64,000 bases of DNA from Paraspadella gotoi (lineage: Eukaryota; Animalia; Chaetognatha). The stretch covers positions 23,856,773 through 23,920,772 of the forward strand of contig CM119268.1 of NCBI GenBank assembly GCA_051294375.1, given 5' to 3'. Numbering within the stretch: position 1 is the stretch's first letter; every line of letters begins with the position of its first letter. The position numbers and the translations under genes are program-made. Of this stretch, positions 58,621-64,000 are shown piece by piece. Below the pieces are notes generated by a model. It worked only from the letters and a program-made list of their open reading frames with translations, did not search any database and was not told where the DNA came from.

Positions 58621-60240
58621 TGTCAAAACCACTTTCGCCTTCCATGTTTTCATTTTCCCCAAGATTTCTTTCCCTCGTTTCAGATTTTCTTGTTTACTTA
58701 TTTTTTTTATGAAGAAAAAAATGATTTATTTTCATTTTTATGATCAAATCTTTTTTCTTTGTTTGTGACGCATTAAACCTTTTATATCCTTTTGTTTTTT
58801 ATTCTCAAAGGAAAAAAAGGATTATTTATTTTCTTTTTTTTCTTTTTTTCTAATTCTTCATAATTTATGAGATGTTTTCTTTATCCGAGATTTGTCTTTT
58901 CTTTTTCTTTCTGACTTGGAACTAAAAAGGAGTCGTCTTTTTAAACAATTTAAACGGTTAAATTGTTTAGTGACTTTATACCACTTCATTGATAGCCAGG
59001 AACTTGGAAATTTAAAAAAAACAAAATTGTTTGAGAGTCTTGACTGAAAGCTCGAAGGACCATGGTACAAAATTGGTACAATATAAAACTTATCCAATCA
59101 TTTAATAAATTAGCAAACCCTAGTTATTATCTTGAGTGCAAGACAGATTATTTATTGAATGAATGAATAATTTTATATCGTTTGTACGAATTTTACAGTA
59201 TTACTCATCAAACATTGTTTTTCATTATTTTTTTTTGCTGACAAAAAAAGCAAAGAGACAGCAAAGATTTTCATCACAATACAAATGTTTAAGTCTGTCA
59301 AGTTCATCTGCTCTTTCTGACTTCCTTTCTTTTTGCTCTTCTCTTTTTTTTCTTCTCTTTCTCCTTATCCCCTCCTCCTCTTCTCCTCTCCTCTGCTCTC
59401 CTCTCCTCTCCTCCTCTTCCTCCTCTTCCACCTCCTCCTCATTTTTCCCCTGTTCTTACTCCTCCCTCCTTCTCTTCCTCTTCTTCCTCCTTCTCCTCAT
59501 CTTCCCTTTCCTCTTCCTCCTCCTTCTCTTCCTCCTCCTCTTCCTCTTCCTCCCCCTCTTTTCTTTCCACATCCGGTTGCAATGTCACGACTTGACGTCC
59601 TAGACAACAACAACAACAACAACGGAACTGACATCAGCAGAAAAAAACAGCGACGAGGTCAAACTAACACAAAATAAGACATTTGTCAGTAAACAAGTTT
59701 GAGAAAACAATGCCGGATCTGCCCACGATCATTAGCAGTAAGCAGCTCATCAATTAATTTATTAATGAATTAATGCCATTTGCATTTATATTTAATATAA
59801 AGACAAAAAAAGAATAAACTAATTTGTTTTCATTTAAACTCATTTCCACTCAGACGATTCCATCTCAACTTGATTTCCAGCTCAATCACACATTTCCACA
59901 CCCTCACACATAAATTTCCAAATAAATTTACCCATTAACTCATGAGTAATTCGCGTTCAAAGCTAAGGGGGGATAGACAGACGGACAGAAAGACAGAAAG
60001 ACAGACAGACAACATTTTTTTGAGTAATTTATTAAAATTCGATGTTCTGACATGATCCAAATGACTTTCCAACAAGACTTTGGATTGGGACCAACTGACC
60101 GACAAAGTGAAATATAGAGCAGAAAATTTGCAGTAAGCAGAACCAGCTCAAAGAATTGTGTACATAGATATTAGACAATGCGTAAATAAACTAAAGTGAA
60201 ACAAAATTTAAAAATTTGGAATTAAAGCTTTAGTTTTGAA

Positions 60241-60303
<63 letters not shown>
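60241..60303. repeat. (GAT)n microsatellite
   Basis: About 21 perfect units. Confidence 0.95.
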
Positions 60304-60304
<1 letters not shown>

Positions 60305-60489
60305 TGACATTGGAGTGAATGCCACCGAATTGTCGATGTCACAACGTCAATCTTTTTTGACGCTTCGGCCTATAACCAGTGACCGACGACAACCACGACG
60401 ACGACGAGACGACGAACGACGACGACGAGACGACGAACAAAAAAAATAGAACTCGAAAGTCGAGTTTGCGTCGAGACGTTAGTTGAACC

Positions 60490-60527
<38 letters not shown>

Positions 60528-60529
60528 TA

Positions 60530-60794
60530 GTCGGGCATAGCATAAGTTCACCCACCTATAAGAATGACACCTTCATTCCTGTCCCGGTGGCTCATTGAGT
60601 AAAGCCATCAGCTAATGACCACTAGGTACGGTTCACCCACCACGTACCTACTCTGCGGGAAGCGTAAGCACGGCCGCTAAGCCGCCTTGGGGGCGTGAAA
60701 ACCCTCAGCCTGGTTCCAAGCCCAGGACCCGTTCCATGGCTTCTAAGGGGGTTAAGTTACGGATAGTCATCTTCAGCCACTGAGCGCCTTATCC
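60530..60794 (+). mobile_element. tRNA-SINE-like repeat, most complete copy
   Basis: GTCCCGGTGGCTCATTGAGTAAAGC (A-box-like head at ~60581), GGTTCACCC (degenerate B-box), body GGGGGCGTGAAAACCCTCAGCCTGGTTCC, end CTTCAGCC..AGCGCCTTATCC shared with two other copies. Confidence 0.7.
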
Positions 60795-61163
60795 ACTGAA
60801 ATATGTTCTGGAACAAAAAAAACACGAGAAGAGAAAATAGAACAAGAGAAAAGAAAAGAAGAGAAAAGAAAAGAAAGGGAAACTGGAAGAAAAATGGAAA
60901 AAAGGGAAAAAGAAAAATTGAATAAAAAGAAGAGAAAAATGAGGAAAAGGAGAACTGCTAATTGCGGTTCCGAGTTACTTTTTGTCTTTTGATATATTTA
61001 TTTTTACAAAGTAAATTGATTTATATAAGTTTGTGAATAAATGTTAGATTACGTCGATCTAAATCCTTATCTTTGTATCATTCAGTTTCAGTTCAGTTCA
61101 GTTCAGTTCAGTTCAGTTCAAGTATGGAGGTCCGTCGGTCCGTCGGACAGGAAAAATTGTCAT

Positions 61164-61194
<31 letters not shown>

Positions 61195-61315
61195 TTCCTA
61201 CTTTTCTCTTTTTATGATGGAAAACAAATGAAAAAAAAGAATATAATTATTTTTTTAAAAAATGAAAGAAGAATGAAAGAAAAGTCACTAATGATCGAAC
61301 GTAAATCATTTGACT

Positions 61316-61379
<64 letters not shown>

Positions 61380-61595
61380 TGTTGGTTTCAGCAGGAAAAA
61401 TTTAAATGGCCTTTTATGGCTAATACTAATTATTTAACAAAGATAAAAAACTCATTAATTTTATTTTTATTTAGAGTAAATTATTTTTAATACTTATGCC
61501 AACATCAGTTATCTATGCACCTTTTAAAACTTGGTTTATTTTTATTAAAAATTATTAATGTAAAAAAAAACTAAATAAACTTTTTATATATATGA

Positions 61596-61745
61596 AAGTC
61601 TTGATTGAAAGCTTGCAGGGACCTGCTATGTCATTATCTTCTAAGAGTGATGGAGGCCTTAAACCACCAAAGCCTGTCCAAAGTCAGGGGCGAGATAACT
61701 TATTTATTAAATAAATGGATAATTTTTATATTGGTTGTAGCAATT
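61596..61745 (-). mobile_element. Copy of the ~300-bp interspersed repeat
   Basis: Reverse complement of 7870-8015. Confidence 0.85.
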
Positions 61746-62546
61746 GGATATAAAAATTTAGTGTTTGGCAACTCAGATGCTCTTTTACGCCAACGCAACT
61801 AAAAAAGAAAAAAAGAAAGAAAGAGAAGAAAAGGAAATTTGTGTTGGAATTTCGTTTCTCCTAAATGACGAGGAATCATTAAGAAATAAACCGGACAAGA
61901 ATGCCGATGAGAGAGAGAGAGAGAGAGAGAGATGCGAGAGGGGAGAGGGAGAGGAGGAGAGAGAAGAGAAGAGAAGGAGAAAGAGTGAAGCGAGAGGGAG
62001 AGAGAGAGAGAGCAGGAGAGAGAGGAGAGAATTTCTCTCTCTGTNNNNNNNNNNNNNNNNNNNNNNNNNNNNNNNNNNNNAGAGAGAGAGAGAGAGAGAG
62101 AGAGTTCCTTCTTTTTCTCCCCCAACGAACAGTTTTCTTTGTCTTAATCTTAGGCTCAAGAACCGACAAAGATTTTTCGTCATTTCCACAAAAAAAATCT
62201 TGTTTATTATTTCAATGGCTTTTTTTGGTTCAACCAATACAAAATTATCCATTCATTTCATAAATAAGTTATCTTGCCCCTGACTTTGGACATGCTTTGG
62301 TGGTTTAAGGCCTCCATCACTCTTACAAGATTTCATTATCTCTTTATCTCAATACTTGTTATTTTAATTTAAAATTTTTACATGCTTTTAATATTTTTCC
62401 TTATGTCTTCCTTTGTTTTAAAAACGTCAACTATTAAGTTAATTTTCTCAAGTGGGTTTTAATTTTCCAAATTTGGAAGAAGAAAACTTCGATTATTTAT
62501 TCTGACTTTTCTTTGTTTCCAGTCGAAGCATTTTTGAGTGGATAAT

Positions 62547-62582
<36 letters not shown>

Positions 62583-62884
62583 NNNNNNNNNNNNNNNNNN
62601 NNNNNNNNNNNNNNNNNNNNNNNNNNNNNNNNNNNNNNNNNNNNNNNNNNNNNNNNNNNNNNNNNNNNNNNNNNNNNNNNNNNNNNNNNNNNNNNNNNNN
62701 NNNNNNNNNNNNNNNNNNNNNNNNNNNNNNNNNNNNNNNNNNNNNNNNNNNNNNNNNNNNNNNNNNNNNNNNNNNNNNNNNNNNNNNNNNNNNNNNNNNN
62801 NNNNNNNNNNNNNNNNNNNNNNNNNNNNNNNNAGAGAGACATACACACTCAAAGGAAACAGTAGTACAAAGAAACATTCTGTCA

Positions 62885-63070
62885 TATACTTAACCGTTTC
62901 CGTAAGTTGAGACACAGGTGTTTCCGATCGCGCGGCTTTTTTGCCCCCAGCTCTCATGCCCTCGGCGGCTCGGCCCTCTTCCTCGTGGCCGGGCTTCTCA
63001 AGAGGCCGTTCCCCGGAGGGCAAGGGACCGTTCCCGGAGGGCTGGGGGCACGCTCTCAAACTAAGTACCA
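62885..63070. other. GC-rich island that can form a multibranch stem-loop; unclassified structured RNA or transposon part
   Basis: 14-bp stem 62942-62955/63037-63050 enclosing a 7-bp stem 62957-62963/63016-63022 and three hairpins. Confidence 0.4.
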
Positions 63071-64000
63071 ATTTTCTGTTAATAAATCATTTTTCTTTTA
63101 ATTAGGAAAGAAATATTAGGCGAAGGTCAGAATGGATTCGATTGGATATAAAATATTAAGGCATTACAAGAAATGCTAAAGCCAATGATCGTCAAGAAAT
63201 GATAGGGAAGTCCAAGGAATAAANNNNNNNNNNNNNNNNNNNNNNNNNNNNNNNNNNNNNNNNNNNNNNNNNNNNNNNNNNNNNNNNNNNNNNNNNNNNN
63301 NNNNNNNNNNNNNNNNNNNNNNNNNNNNNNNNNNNNNNNNNNNNNNNNNNNNNNNNNNNNNNNNNNNNNNNNNNNNNNNNNNNNNNNNNNNNNNNNNNNN
63401 NNNNNNNNNNNNNNNNNNNNNNNNNNNNNNNNNNNNNNNNNNNNNNNNNNNNNNNNNNNNNNNNNNNNNNNNNNNNNNNNNNNNNNNNNNNNNNNNNNNN
63501 NNNNNNNNNNNNNNNNNNNNNNNNNNGGAACGATTAATAATGATAAATAATGTAAAAAAAAAGATTTAAAATCTTGAAGAGGAAAAGAATGAAATGGAAA
63601 GTATTAGAATTCCGCCGGGGGCAGAACATAGGGAAATAGAATGCCGGAAGTGTAGGAAGAAAAAAGCCATTCGTGATAGAGAAATGTGAGAGAGAGAAAT
63701 AGAGAGGGNNNNNNNNNNGGTGAAAGGCGAAAACCCTTTCGTTGACAACCATGTTTTACTTCCGTTTTTCACTTTTTTTCCCCAAAATGAGTTTTTGTTG
63801 CGTTGGCCATTTTTTGAGTTTCACGAAGCCACTGCGGCGCAACACGTTGGAATTACCGTTTTTGTTAAAAAGGAATTATTGTTCACTTCAAAATTAAATT
63901 TAAAAGGGTAACAGTAAAAAAATCAATTATAAAAAAGAGCACATATTAAGGAAAAAAAAGAAAAAAAAGATTATGTGATAGAATAAATAAGGAGAGACAA

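Noticed and set aside
62885-62900. ATACTTAACC resembling the U1 snRNA 5' end
   Set aside because: The remainder lacks U1 stem-loops and a canonical Sm site with 3' hairpin.
62967-63022. HDV-like ribozyme (GGCTCGG/CCGGGCT P1 with G-U, TCCTCGT loop)
   Set aside because: No GG after P1 for P1.1, P2 and P3 are too short, and there is no C-x-A J4/2 strand.

Overview
Eukaryotic (invertebrate animal, probably protostome) genomic DNA from a gapped draft assembly. It has AT-rich introns, many (GA)n/(CT)n microsatellites and N-gaps. Four spliced genes were reconstructed by hand, all on the minus strand: (1) a CIMAP2/LEXM (C1orf177)-like ciliary PG-repeat gene (~1250-6350); (2) an LRRC56-like gene (6907-16122); (3) a transglutaminase (11833-15253) lying inside the first coding intron of LRRC56 on the same strand, with an in-frame extra last exon encoding an acidic linker and a transmembrane tail; (4) an Eph receptor tyrosine kinase (19141-39778). 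The 3' half of Eph occurs twice; the second copy (25082-~32460) is riddled with indels and is probably a noisy alternate haplotype. Positions 40-64 kb are gene-free sequence upstream of Eph. Across the window there are a tRNA-SINE-like family, a ~300-bp interspersed repeat, a MITE-like family with telomere-like internal repeats, Penelope-type hammerhead relics, minisatellites, and a GC-rich foldable island near 62.9-63.07 kb. Gene names rest on recalled family motifs, not on database searches.
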